Shown: piece by piece, positions 52,921-64,000 of the stretch
Layout: every line of letters begins with the position of its first letter
How positions within the stretch are numbered: position 1 is the stretch's first letter
Origin: Octopus sinensis
Taxonomy: Eukaryota
Assembly (NCBI RefSeq): GCF_006345805.1
Contig: NC_043009.1
Span: 18,476,001-18,540,000, forward strand
DNA length: 64,000 bases
Reading direction: 5' to 3'
The notes under the pieces: generated by a model
Told to the model about the DNA's origin: nothing
What the model saw: only the letters and a program-made list of their open reading frames with translations
Databases searched by the model: none
Made by a program: the position numbers and the translations under genes

Positions 52921-53583
52921 GGTGCGAGAAAAGGTTACATCTTTGGACTTCTCTTTCGCATAATCCCCGAACCTGGAGCTTAACTATAGTCTGTCCATAG
53001 CCCTTACTCAGCATTACCTGACTCCTTTGAGTCTTCTTGACACCATTACCATTTCGCCACAACTTTCTCTTACTCTTTCTTCTGTTGGCCTGCTCGCTTA
53101 GCCATCAGGGGGGGGGGGCGTCATATGAAGATTAAAACAATGCGAAGCGCATTGTGACCAGCGATGTGCAGCAACATCTGATAGCCTGGTCGGTCACGGT
53201 GATCATGGTGATATATACTATGTATGTATGTGTATATACACATATATTAATGTATGTAAATGTAGATAAGTATATATGTATAAGTGCATGTGTGTACGTG
53301 TGTGTATGTAGATATGAAGTTGTAACTTGGAACTAAATACCTGGGTTAACCAGTGACAGCAAGTCATAGACCAGATGGCAACCAAGAAGAGATTGACAAC
53401 TGGAGAGTCACTTGATAGCAACCGGTACAAGTTGGGCCAGCCACCTCCGATTTTCAAGCCCAATCTTTGCTACAAATGACTCCCTGTCTTGGATACAAGC
53501 GGCCCAGAAATGGGGAGAGAATGACAAAAAGACGATGAATACAATATGCATAAGCGACAATGAGTGCAAGAATTTGCACAGCC

Positions 53584-53808
53584 TTAACCCTTTAGCATTC
53601 AATTTATTGTCAAATGTATGTATTTTTATTCACACTGGTTTGAACTAATCATGCAATATCTTGTAACTTTGAGATTTCGATGATGTGATTGCTTATTTTT
53701 AAACTGACGCTGTAGGGTAGGTGGGAGAGGACAGATCTGGTTGATTTGAACATAAAACACGTAGAAAATTTGAGCCGGATAAGGCCTAGTTAAATGTTAG
53801 AGAGTTAA
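53584..53808. mobile_element. piggyBac-type MITE
   Basis: TTAA-CCCTTTAGCATT ... AATGTTAGAGAG-TTAA: imperfect TIRs with TTAA target sites. Confidence 0.7.
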
Positions 53809-55319
53809 AATCTATCAGACCAGAAGGAAGTGTCTGGAGAAGGAGAAAGAGTTGCAACACACAGGTATGACGCAGTAAGACCATGGTCATGCCAAGTTAC
53901 TCCATGAGAATCTACCACCGCCTCCATACAGAGTAGTTCTTCAGATCAAATGACTGAATGATAGCAGTTTGAAGAGTATGCGGGATCTTTCAGACGACAG
54001 TAGATGTGGCGTTATTATTGCAGATGAGAGTTACTTCTAGATCCACAACTTCAAGCGGCACACGTGGTCAAGTGAGCAGAGGTGGAGAGTTAAGAACCCT
54101 AGTCAAAGACTTATGCGCAATAAGAGTCTGAATGTAAAGATATCATCATTGCTGGTGGGCGGGGATTCTTTCAAGGACAGGAGAAGCTCATCTCATGGGC
54201 AGCCATGAGCTTCATACCATAAGAGTCAATGTCCCTCATACTAAAGAAAGAGCAAGTGACGGAAAAGATCTACTTCAACTTACCCGAAAGACCATCATAA
54301 CATTGATTGCAATCTCGATTTTGTGGGGAAAACTCTTTCACTGCAGCCCGAATGACACAGTTACAAATAGCAAAACCAAAAGAGACCTAGAAATCTAGCT
54401 TACTTGCTTCCAGTCTTGGATATACCAGTACACCATTGTGCCCATGGTTTGCAGCCCTTAAATCTATATAATGTTGTTGTTTCAACCACAAAAATAATGG
54501 AGAAAAGGATCAGCAGCCATTTGAGGAGATGACTTGGCTTAACCTAGAAGCCCAAGCATTATCACTCTGTTTCGGTCTATTCATGTCGTACGACTCTCCT
54601 CAGCAGTCTTTCGCAAGAATTTCTGTGGACATGGACAAGAAAACCCACGCATTACAGAAATTCGTATATATTATCATTCAACTACGTAATTTACTCACAC
54701 GCAGCATCTTCAGGGCTTTGTTGATAATCCAGTTCTTAGCCAAATTGAAAACTGTTAACATTTTGAAGAGGACTGGTCCCTTGGCATAAAAAATTGGGAG
54801 TTGGTCTCATAGAAAAAAAGTTTACATCAAAATTTGTAGCGACGTTATAGGAGAGGAAGTAACGCCACCAATCAAGTTTAGATCTAAATAACTTTTTTTA
54901 TTTTAAAAACAAAATGTATTTGTCTTAGCTTCAATGACAGAAGGAAGCATGAAGAATTTCATACTTTTGCTCGCAAGCAACAAAAATTTGCATAAAAAAA
55001 GTTATGCGGTAAAATATCATGAAAATATATAAGGCAAAAATTTGGATTTAAGTATAATTAACTTTTTTTTATTTTAAAGACAAACTATATTTTAATAAAG
55101 CTTAAATGTAGAGCTCATTGCGAGGAATTTCATTATAACTTTTTAGTTTTAATAAAAGCTAATATTTTCTATATATTCTGTTTGAAATTTTACCCTTAGC
55201 TGTAATATTTTAAGTGAAAATTTTCTTATTCTGTACTTTACCAGATGTGATAACTTGTCCTGAACTTTCTCAGGTTTATAATCTTAAGAATATTATTTCT
55301 CTTGCTCGCATGTTTCCAT

Positions 55320-55354
<35 letters not shown>

Positions 55355-55361
55355 TTATATA

Positions 55362-55406
<45 letters not shown>

Positions 55407-55527
55407 ATAATAGGTATAGGTATATGTATATGCATGTATGTATGTATGTATGTATGTATGTATGTATGTAGTGTATGTATGTATGTATGTATGTATGTAT
55501 ATGTACGTATATATATGTGTGTATATA

Positions 55528-55566
<39 letters not shown>

Positions 55567-55599
55567 TGCCGGCTTTTCAATTCGAAAATTTATCCGAGG

Positions 55600-55989
55600 A
55601 AAAGAATTATGAATAATTAATAATATCAATGGGTAATCTGAAATATTAGAAATTTCCATTACCAGTGGCCTCGTGTGTAAAAATTTAGTCAATAGACTAT
55701 ATATTATTCATATAAATACAGTGTACATTTAAACACGTAACAGGTATCCATCATAGGATTACCTGCATGCTAGGAAGGACAGTTAAATTCCAAACCACTA
55801 TTAAGGATAAAATTTCGAAGGAAATGAAAAATAAAAACATTTACCATCTAACTCCTGGACCAATGGTTTCAGACTTTTTAGCAAATAAAATAATTGGCTA
55901 GGCGAAGCCTTCTTCGGCATGTACACCTTAGATTAAATATATATACACGAGGCAATCCAGTATATTCCTCGTACTAATACATCAAATAA

Positions 55990-55992
<3 letters not shown>
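55600..55992 (-). mobile_element. Non-coding element between (TA)n tracts with a hammerhead-like motif
   Basis: Minus strand 55854-55921: tg-CCGAAGA-aggctt...aagtct-GAAAC-CATTG-GTC-ca; 3' 'ccactggt...accc' motif. Confidence 0.65.
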
Positions 55993-56049
<57 letters not shown>

Positions 56050-56064
56050 TATATATATAGATAT

Positions 56065-56480
56065 AGCGCAGGAGTGGCTGTGTGGTAAGTAGCTTGCTAA
56101 CCAACCACATGGTTCTGGGTTCAATCCCACTGCGTGGCATCTGGGCAAGTGTCTTCTGCTATAGCCCGGGCCGACCAATGCCTTGTGAGTGGATTTGGTA
56201 GACGGAAACTGAAAGAAGCCTGTCGTATATATGTTATATTATATATATGTATGTGTGTGTGTGTTTGTGTGGTCTGTGTTTGTCCCCCTAGCATTGCTTG
56301 ACAACCGATGCTGGTGTGTTTACGTCCCCGTCACTTGGCGGTTCGGCAAAAGAGACCGATAGAATAAGTACTGGGCTTACAAAGAATAAGTCCCGGGGTC
56401 GATTTGCTCGACTAAAGGCGGTGCTCCAGCATGGCCGCAGTCAAATGACTGAAACAAGTAAAAGAGTAAAGAGTAAAAGA

Positions 56481-56482
<2 letters not shown>
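56065..56482 (+). mobile_element. SINE family A
   Basis: Complete copy. Confidence 0.9.
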
Positions 56483-56519
<37 letters not shown>

Positions 56520-56520
<1 letters not shown>

Positions 56521-56910
56521 TTATGCTGCATAACGGCAGTTGGCATTGCAGTCCGACCTGGTTGAAAATGAAGTGCTGCCAAACAGAAGAGCTGCCAAAG
56601 GCTCTTGTTGAGACCGTGTTGGTTGGGTGTTTATCCCTAAGCTACCTCCCAACATGCAAGATTGGTAATATCTAGGGAAATAAGAGGCATCATTTCTACC
56701 AAGATGTTTGCAAGGTGTCCGTGATCGCAGGATAGTGTTGCTCAGCCAATAAGAAACTTGTACAAGATGGCTCGACATATTGTGGTGGAACACCACTTGG
56801 TCAGATGTCTGGTGGGATGACAACAGTGGCATCAGATCTCTGACACAGGCTGTCTATGATACCTTACCAAGTCCAACAAAGCTTCACACACGGAATACCC
56901 CTGTTCCTTG
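56520..56910 (+). mobile_element. R2/Hero/NeSL-group non-LTR fragment
   Basis: 'TWSDVW...SLTQAVYDTLPSPTKLH' resembles the region upstream of the CCHC/RLE domain. Confidence 0.55.
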
Positions 56911-57045
56911 TGTACTAGATTTCTTTCCTCAACTTAACAGACAGTCACTCAGTTCAGTAAATATCACCGCAGAAAGGTGTAATGTGATGTATCTACCATA
57001 GAGACTAAACTTTCTATCAATGTTTGCACTATGTATATATGTATA

Positions 57046-57865
57046 TTTTTACATAGTCGCTCGAATGCCGAGCTTCGCTTTTCGATGCGTGTATCGACTT
57101 CATTGTTAAAGTTCAAAGACCTGGAGGGTGTGCTGCCGAGGTAGGTTAACTTATCAACAACCTTCAGGGTTTCTCTTTCGACAGTGATTGTTGGTTCCAC
57201 TTTTGCGGGGCAGGTTGGTGCAAAGCTTCGTTTTCTGAGTACTGATTGTAAATTCGTTGCAGTCAATGGAAAAGCAGTTCATGCTCTGCTGCATCTGAAC
57301 CTTTGTGGGAGAGGAGAAGTATTAGGTTGGCTACCAAGTTGAAGGTGTACTAAGCAGTTGTACTGCCTAGCCAACTGTATGCCTGCAAGATTTGAATGGT
57401 TTACGAACGCCACACCATTCGGCTAAACCGCTTTCACATGAATTTCCCGAGAAAACTGTTGAAAATCCCCTGGCAAGACAAAGTCTCAGACACAGAAGTC
57501 CTCTCTCGAGCTGATCAACCAAGCAATTACACACCGCTGATGAGTGCACAAATCAAGTGATCAGGCTACCTTATTTGAATGCCTGACACACGACTCCCCA
57601 AATGACTGTTTTACTGTAAACTAGCAGAAGGCAAGCGCATGAAAGGTGTATATAAAGAGCGCTTCAAAGCCTCACTGAAGTGCTTTGAGATCAGTCCAAA
57701 GACGAGTAGGGCCGTCTTGCCAGGCGAAGCTGCACCAACAGAGGTGCCATCCCCTTAGAACAAAACAGGATTGCAGAAGCACAAAGAAAACGTAAACTGC
57801 GTGAGTCCAGAGCGGACTCCTTGTCTTCAGCCCCAGTTGTTGCAGCGAGTGTCACTGTTGCAATT
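57046..57865 (+). mobile_element. RTE LINE 3' fragment with an inverted 5' segment
   Basis: Minus 57046-57303 ends '...TYLGST...RIEKRSSAFERLCKN'; plus 57304 onward resumes 'WERRSIRLATKLKVY...KIPWQDKVSDTEVLSRA'. Confidence 0.8.
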
Positions 57866-58439
57866 ATGTCCCCGAGGTGCGGTTGAACACACCATTGGAA
57901 CTGAAGTGTACAACCTGTTACTCCATACTCCCATCTTTTGTTGCTTAATTCCCCTTCTGCTTTTTTCCCTTTTTCTTTGTTTCCTTGTTGAAGTAATTCT
58001 GGGAGTATTTTTCGATAATTTAATCTTCAATACTTTTAGTTCTTTTTTACTTTTTACCTTTCTTGTCTTCCTGTAAACATATGTTGCCACATGAAAATCC
58101 ATCTTATTACTGTGAAAATATTCTTTTTTTAATTAATCAAGTCAAATCCTTTCTGTTCCTCCTTATCTAACTTCCTATTTTTCTTCCTATTGTTCTCTTG
58201 CATAAGTATGGGCGAAATCTTAAAATCAGTCAGCATATTACTATTTGTGGTGTTCCGATGGTTTGATTCCGCTGTACCGGGGTGAAAGAAAAGTTGGACA
58301 GTGCATGGAAATAAATTAGTAATATTCAACATAACGGCTTAATGCAACATTGGGTATAATGGAAATCAACGAAACAATTTAAAACTCAGCAAATAAGCGC
58401 AATTTGCTAACTCCGTTTTTGACTTTTCTCTCCCCCCCC

Positions 58440-58486
<47 letters not shown>

Positions 58487-58489
58487 ATG

Positions 58490-58772
58490 GACTCTCCTGT
58501 CGAAGACGACGTATGAGTGTTCAGTTTTTGCCGAACGGCATGCACAAATGATTTGTTTATAATGATCAAATGTATATGCTGTACATATGCTCACTCTTGT
58601 CATCAAATTAACGTTGCCTGAACTAGTGGACGGTGTACCACGCTTCAGGTGTTCAACTGATGGCAGAGCAATGCAAGATGAAGTGATTTACACAACGCAC
58701 CAACCTATCTAGGAATTGAAACCAAGATTTTGCAATCGTGAGTGCAACGCCCTAACCACTAGGTTATGCACC
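58490..58772 (-). mobile_element. tRNA-derived SINE (diverged)
   Basis: Minus-strand head 'cctagtggttagggcgttgcactcacgattgc...ggtttcaattcc'. Confidence 0.6.
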
Positions 58773-58982
58773 CTCACGTATGTGCGCGCATTTGTGTATA
58801 CATACATACATATATACATACACACACACACACATACACACACATGCACACACACATATATATATATACATATATACATACATACATATATATATACATA
58901 TATACATACATATATATATATATATATAATATATAATATATACATATATATACATAATATATACATATATATATATATATAT

Positions 58983-60238
58983 ACATTAACAATTAAGGAA
59001 CGGCCATAATAGGCCATTCACCCACTAGAAATAACAGCCAAAGCTTCTACCGCAAATAAAGATCAATTCCGTAAACTGGAGAAAATTAAAAAAACATTTA
59101 CCCTGTAATTTCTTGTACGGTATACCGTTTCATCCGCTGTTTAATGGTAAACTAACCTGATTAAATTAAATCAAGCTAATCTTCCATAAGCCCTCGGATT
59201 CTTCAGCAAGAAATAGCTCAAGTCGGAACAGATATATACACGAGGCATACCCAATCTTGCCAAGTCAATATCTGACCTAAAATTTTCAAATCGTCGCACT
59301 CGCGCCAAATTTATCGGCAGCAAATAAATATCAGCCGTCGATTCCATTACGGAATTAACCAAAAAATTCATAATTAATCAATATAGGGTGGCAAGGAAAA
59401 TTTTGTAGAATTTTATTGCCACCAGCGGCCCAGCGGGAAAAAAATTAAATAGTCATAGACCATTTTTAAGTTCAACATTAACAACATTAACAATTAAGGA
59501 ACGGCCATAATAGGCCATTCACCCACTTTTTTTAATTTTCTCCTGTTTACGGAATTGATCTTTATTTGCGGTAGAAGCTTTGGCTGTTTTTCTAGTGGGT
59601 GAATGGCCTATTATGGCCGTTCCTTAATTGTTAATGTTGTTAATGTTAACTTAAAAATGGTCTATGACTATTAATTTTTTTCCCGCTGGGCCGCTGGTGG
59701 CAATAAAATTCTACAAAATTTTCCTTGCCACCCTATATTGATTAATTATGAATTTTTTGGTTAATTCCGTAATGGAATCGACGGTGATATTTATTTGCTG
59801 CCGATAAATTTGGCGCGAGTGCGACGATTTGAAAATTTTAGGTCAGATATTGACTGGCAAGATTGGGTATGCCTCGTGTATATATCTGTTCCGACTTGAG
59901 CTATTTCTTGCTGAAGAATCCGAGGGCTTATGGAAGATTGGCTTGATTTAATTTAATCAGGTTAGTTTACCATTAAACAGCGGATGAAACGGTATACCGT
60001 ACAAGAAATTACAGGGTAAATGTTTTTTTAATTTCTCCTGTTTACGGAATTGATCTTTATTTGCGGTAGAAGCTTTGGCTGTTATTTCTAGGGTGAATGG
60101 CCTATTATGGCCGTTCCTTAATTGTTAATGTTGAACTTAAAAATGGTCTATGACTATTTAATTTTTTTCCCGCTGGGCGCTGGTGGCCAATAAAATTCTA
60201 CAAAATTTTCCTGCCACCCTATATTGATTAATTATGAA
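58983..60238. mobile_element. Retrozyme-like ~500-nt unit: ~1.1 copies on minus plus ~1.4 tandem copies on plus, in (TA)n
   Basis: Unit start repeats at 58983 and 59484; strand switch near 59527; 59527-59750 repeats at 60022-60238; no credible ORF; contains a hammerhead. Confidence 0.85.
59903..60009 (+). ncRNA. Type I hammerhead with extended stem II; inverted copy at 59108-59214
   Basis: atttcttg-CTGAAGA-atccg...cggat-GAAAC-GGTATACC-GTA-caagaaat: 8-bp stem I, 5-bp stem II, palindromic stem III. Confidence 0.85.
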
Positions 60239-60407
60239 TATATATATATACATATATATATATACATACATACATATTATATATACATACATACATATAT
60301 ACATACATACATATATACATACATATATACATACATACATACATATATATTATACATATATATATACATATATATAATATATACATGCATACATACATAC
60401 ATACATT

Positions 60408-60442
<35 letters not shown>

Positions 60443-60445
<3 letters not shown>

Positions 60446-60650
60446 CAAAATAAGCAACAAGGATATCCAAGGTAATGCAGTACGATCGTTCATGCGACTC
60501 CATTTAATTAAACAATGCAACTATTACATCAGTTTTAAAATGTAGAGCAATCTTCAGCTGCATTTTGAATTATATGGATAATACCATACCAAATTCTGCT
60601 GCCTTTAACTTAAGTGCCATATTCAACTGAATCTAATTTTTATGAACTTA
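60443..60650. mobile_element. Rearranged copy of the 14.0-14.3 kb hammerhead element in (TA)n
   Basis: Hammerhead on minus at 60474-60564 (aatgcag-CTGAAGA...GAAC-GATC-GTA-ctgcatt, one A missing); 3' tail on plus from ~60577. Confidence 0.8.
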
Positions 60651-60660
60651 TATATATATA

Positions 60661-61050
60661 TACATGAGGGTAATCCCAAAAGTAAGGTCTCCAAAAATAT
60701 TTTAAAATCACAGAAATGTTAATTGTCAATGACGTGTACATCATTTTAAAGTTTGAATATATATTTTTCAACATAATCGCCATTTCGGTCGATGCATTTT
60801 TGTAGGCGCTGGGGCAGTTTTTGTATGCCCATGTCATGCCAGCTCACCGCCATGTCGTTGAGGAGGCGTTGAACCTCATCTTTCACCTTGACGTCGTTGC
60901 TGAAGCGCGTTCCGGCCAAATATTCCTTCAACTTAGGGAAAAGGCGGTAGTCACTGGGTGCCAAGTCCAGACTATAAGGTGGTTTGCTGTTTATGGTCTT
61001 CTGTGAGCATTCGTGGGACCCATCTTGGGCACACCGTCCGACATAGCAAC
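60661..61050 (-). mobile_element. Mariner transposase 3' fragment with terminal repeat
   Basis: PYSLDLAPSDYRLFPKLK...RLQKCIDRNGDYVEK; end 'tacatgagggtaatcccaaaagtaag'. Confidence 0.85.
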
Positions 61051-61467
61051 TTAAAACAGACGTTAGCTGATAATTAAGCGGTCTCCCACTAGCAGACTAT
61101 TGATAACGAAACAGGGAAAGTCTTATCATGTAGTACTATAGTTATTTAAACAATGTTGCTATATTATATACAGTTAAATTTTAGGGTTATTCAAAAGATT
61201 ATTAAGAAGAATATTGTAACAAAAGGATAGAAATTTATGAATACTTTTGAGTATATAACAAACTGGGGCAGTTTTAAGTATTAAGTTTTCCCTTACTAAA
61301 CCTCATGACATTGCTTCTAATAAACCTTGATTTTTATGACTATACTATCTACAATGTCAGTCTACTTCCTCAATCCTACCCCAAACAGATACTGCCCTCG
61401 GTTTCTCTCAGCCTTAAATAATCAAACTCCATTCTTATATATATATATTTATACATATATATTTATA

Positions 61468-61517
<50 letters not shown>

Positions 61518-61530
61518 ATGTATATATATG

Positions 61531-61565
<35 letters not shown>

Positions 61566-61579
61566 TATATATATATATT

Positions 61580-61615
<36 letters not shown>

Positions 61616-61619
61616 ATAA

Positions 61620-62397
61620 AATTAATTAAGGGTAGAAATTGATATTTATCAATTAAGACCAGTGGTCTAGCATATTAAAAAAGAATCCGAAGATTAAAAT
61701 ATTTATATATACCAATTAAGGACTGAACACGAAAAGTGGACAGTCAACATGCTAGATATAGACGTCAAATCGCCATTCACCACAAAAGATTATGTTCTCA
61801 GATCAAACAAAACTCAGCACAAAACCATAGCAATAAACAAGTGAAAAATATACGAATAAAATAATTACCCATGTACTAATTAGTTTCGGCTGTTATTTTC
61901 CGCAAGGAAAACTGCAGCCATCATCAGCATGGTCCGTTATAAATGCAATTTGCTGGACTAGATGCAAACACGATACCGAAATATCGCGTGCATGGAGTTC
62001 AGCCTATTACATTTGAATATATCTTTCAAATGCCTTTACTTTGGCGCGTTGAGACCCGGGTCTCAACGCGCCAAAGTAAAGGCATTTGAAAGATATATTC
62101 AAATGTAATAGGCTGAACTCCATGCACGCGATATTTCGGTATCGTGTTTGCATCTAGTCCAGCAAATTGCATTTATAACGGACCATGCTGATGATGGCTG
62201 CAGTTTTCCTTGCGGAAAATAACAGCCGAAACTAATTAGTACATGGGTAATTATTTTATTTCGTATATTTTTCACTTGTTTATTGCTATGGTTTTGTGCT
62301 GAGTTTGATCTGAGAACATAATCTTTTGTGGTGAATGGCGATTTGACGTCTATATCTAGCATGTTGACTGTCCACTTTTCGTGTTCAGTCCTTAATT

Positions 62398-62400
<3 letters not shown>
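61620..62400. mobile_element. Spacerless palindromic hammerhead element in (TA)n
   Basis: Centre gacccgggtc at ~62058; arms ~345 bp. Motif ccatg-CTGATGA-t-ggctg...cagcc-GAAAC-TAATTA-GTA-catgg at 62183-62246 (+) and 61869-61932 (-). Confidence 0.85.
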
Positions 62401-62442
<42 letters not shown>

Positions 62443-62503
62443 TAAATATAAATATATTTTGACAGTATATATATATATATAATATTTATATATTATATAT
62501 ATA

Positions 62504-63328
62504 TACATGAGGGTAATCCCAAAAGTAAGGTCTCCAAAAATATTTTAAAATCACAGAAATGTTAATTGTCAATGACGTGTACATCATTTTAAAGTTTGAA
62601 TATATATTTTTCAACATAATCGCCATTTCGGTCGATGCATTTTTGTAGGCGCTGGGGCAGTTTTTGTATGCCCATGTCATGCCAGCTCACCGCCATGTCG
62701 TTGAGGAGGCGTTGAACCTCATCTTTCACCTTGACGTCGTTGCTGAAGCGCGTTCCGGCCAAATATTCCTTCAACTTAGGGAAAAGGCGGTAGTCACTGG
62801 GTGCCAAGTCCAGACTATAAGGTGGTTTGCTGTTTATGGTCTTCTGTGAGCATTCGTGGGACCCATCTTGGGCACACCGTCCGACATAGCAACTTAAAAC
62901 AAGACGTTAGCTGATAATTAAGCGGTCTCCCACTAGCAGACTATTGATAACGAAACAGGGAAAGTCTTATCATGTAGTACTATAGTTATTTAAACAATGT
63001 TGCTATATTATATACAGTTAAATTTTAGGGTTATTCAAAAGATTATTAAGAAGAATATTGTAACAAAAGGATAGAAATTTATGAATACTTTTGAGTATAT
63101 AACAAACTGGGGCAGTTTTAAGTATTAAGTTTTCCCTTACTAAACCTCATGACATTGCTTCTAATAAACCTTGATTTTTATGACTATACTATCTACAATG
63201 TCAGTCTACTTCCTCAATCCTACCCCAAACAGATACTGCCCTCGGTTTCTCTCAGCCTTAAATAATCAAACTCCATTCTTATATATATATATTTATACAT
63301 ATATATTATATATATATATATATTATAT

Positions 63329-63362
<34 letters not shown>

Positions 63363-63378
63363 ATGTATATATATGTAT

Positions 63379-63409
<31 letters not shown>

Positions 63410-64000
63410 GTATATATATATAATATATATAATATATATATATATATTATATATATATATATATATATAAAATTAATTAAGGGTAGAAATTGATATTTAT
63501 CAATTAAGACCAGTGGTCTAGCATATTAAAAAAGAATCCGAAGATTAAAATATTTATATATACCAATTAAGGACTGAACACGAAAAGTGGACAGTCAACA
63601 TGCTAGATATAGACGTCAAATCGCCATTCACCACAAAAGATTATGTTCTCAGATCAAACTCAGCACAAAACCATAGCAATAAACAAGTGAAAAATATACG
63701 AAATAAAATAATTACCCATGTACTAATTAGTTTCGGCTGTTATTTTCCGCAAGGAAAACTGCAGCCATCATCAGCATGGTCCGTTATAAATGCAATTTGC
63801 TGGACTAGATGCAAACACGATACCGAAATATCGCGTGCATGGAGTTCAGCCTATTACATTTGAATATATCTTTCAAATGCCTTTACTTTGGCGCGTTGAG
63901 ACCCGGGTCTCAACGCGCCAAAGTAAAGGCATTTGAAAGATATATTCAAATGTAATAGGCTGAACTCCATGCACGCGATATTTCGGTATCGTGTTTGCAT
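62504..64000. repeat. Second copy of a ~1843-bp tandem duplication (mariner fragment + palindromic hammerhead element)
   Basis: ORFs 60746/62589 and 60821/62664 are identical with offset 1843; hammerhead copy at 63716-63779 (-). Confidence 0.9.

Noticed and set aside
4213-63470. Many ORFs rich in YI, CV, HT, MYVC or ER repeats
   Set aside because: They are translations of microsatellites, not genes.

Overview
Eukaryotic, AT-rich, repeat-saturated DNA with no host gene exon that I can support. The SINE families, very dense (TA)n/(CA)n/(TATG)n microsatellites and LINE mix resemble an Octopus (coleoid cephalopod) genome; this is an inference from recall, not a search. It contains a 5'-truncated but open Penelope-like element (RT + GIY-YIG, ~47.8-51.1 kb) with an inverted copy of its 3' end, and a second, decayed Penelope. 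Also present are an internally deleted Gypsy LTR element, fragments of Tx1, CR1-like, RTE and R4 LINEs, mariner and piggyBac-type DNA elements, and many tRNA-derived SINEs. The main signal is about a dozen loci with type I hammerhead ribozyme motifs that I could fold by eye, most with a family-specific palindromic stem III. Most lie in short non-coding elements inserted into (TA)n tracts, often as asymmetric fold-backs. One is a ~500-nt partially tandem retrozyme-like unit, and one is fused behind a tRNA-derived Pol III head. This looks like a set of Penelope-mobilised, ribozyme-bearing, microsatellite-targeting non-autonomous elements. All coordinates were read by eye and may be off by a few bases.
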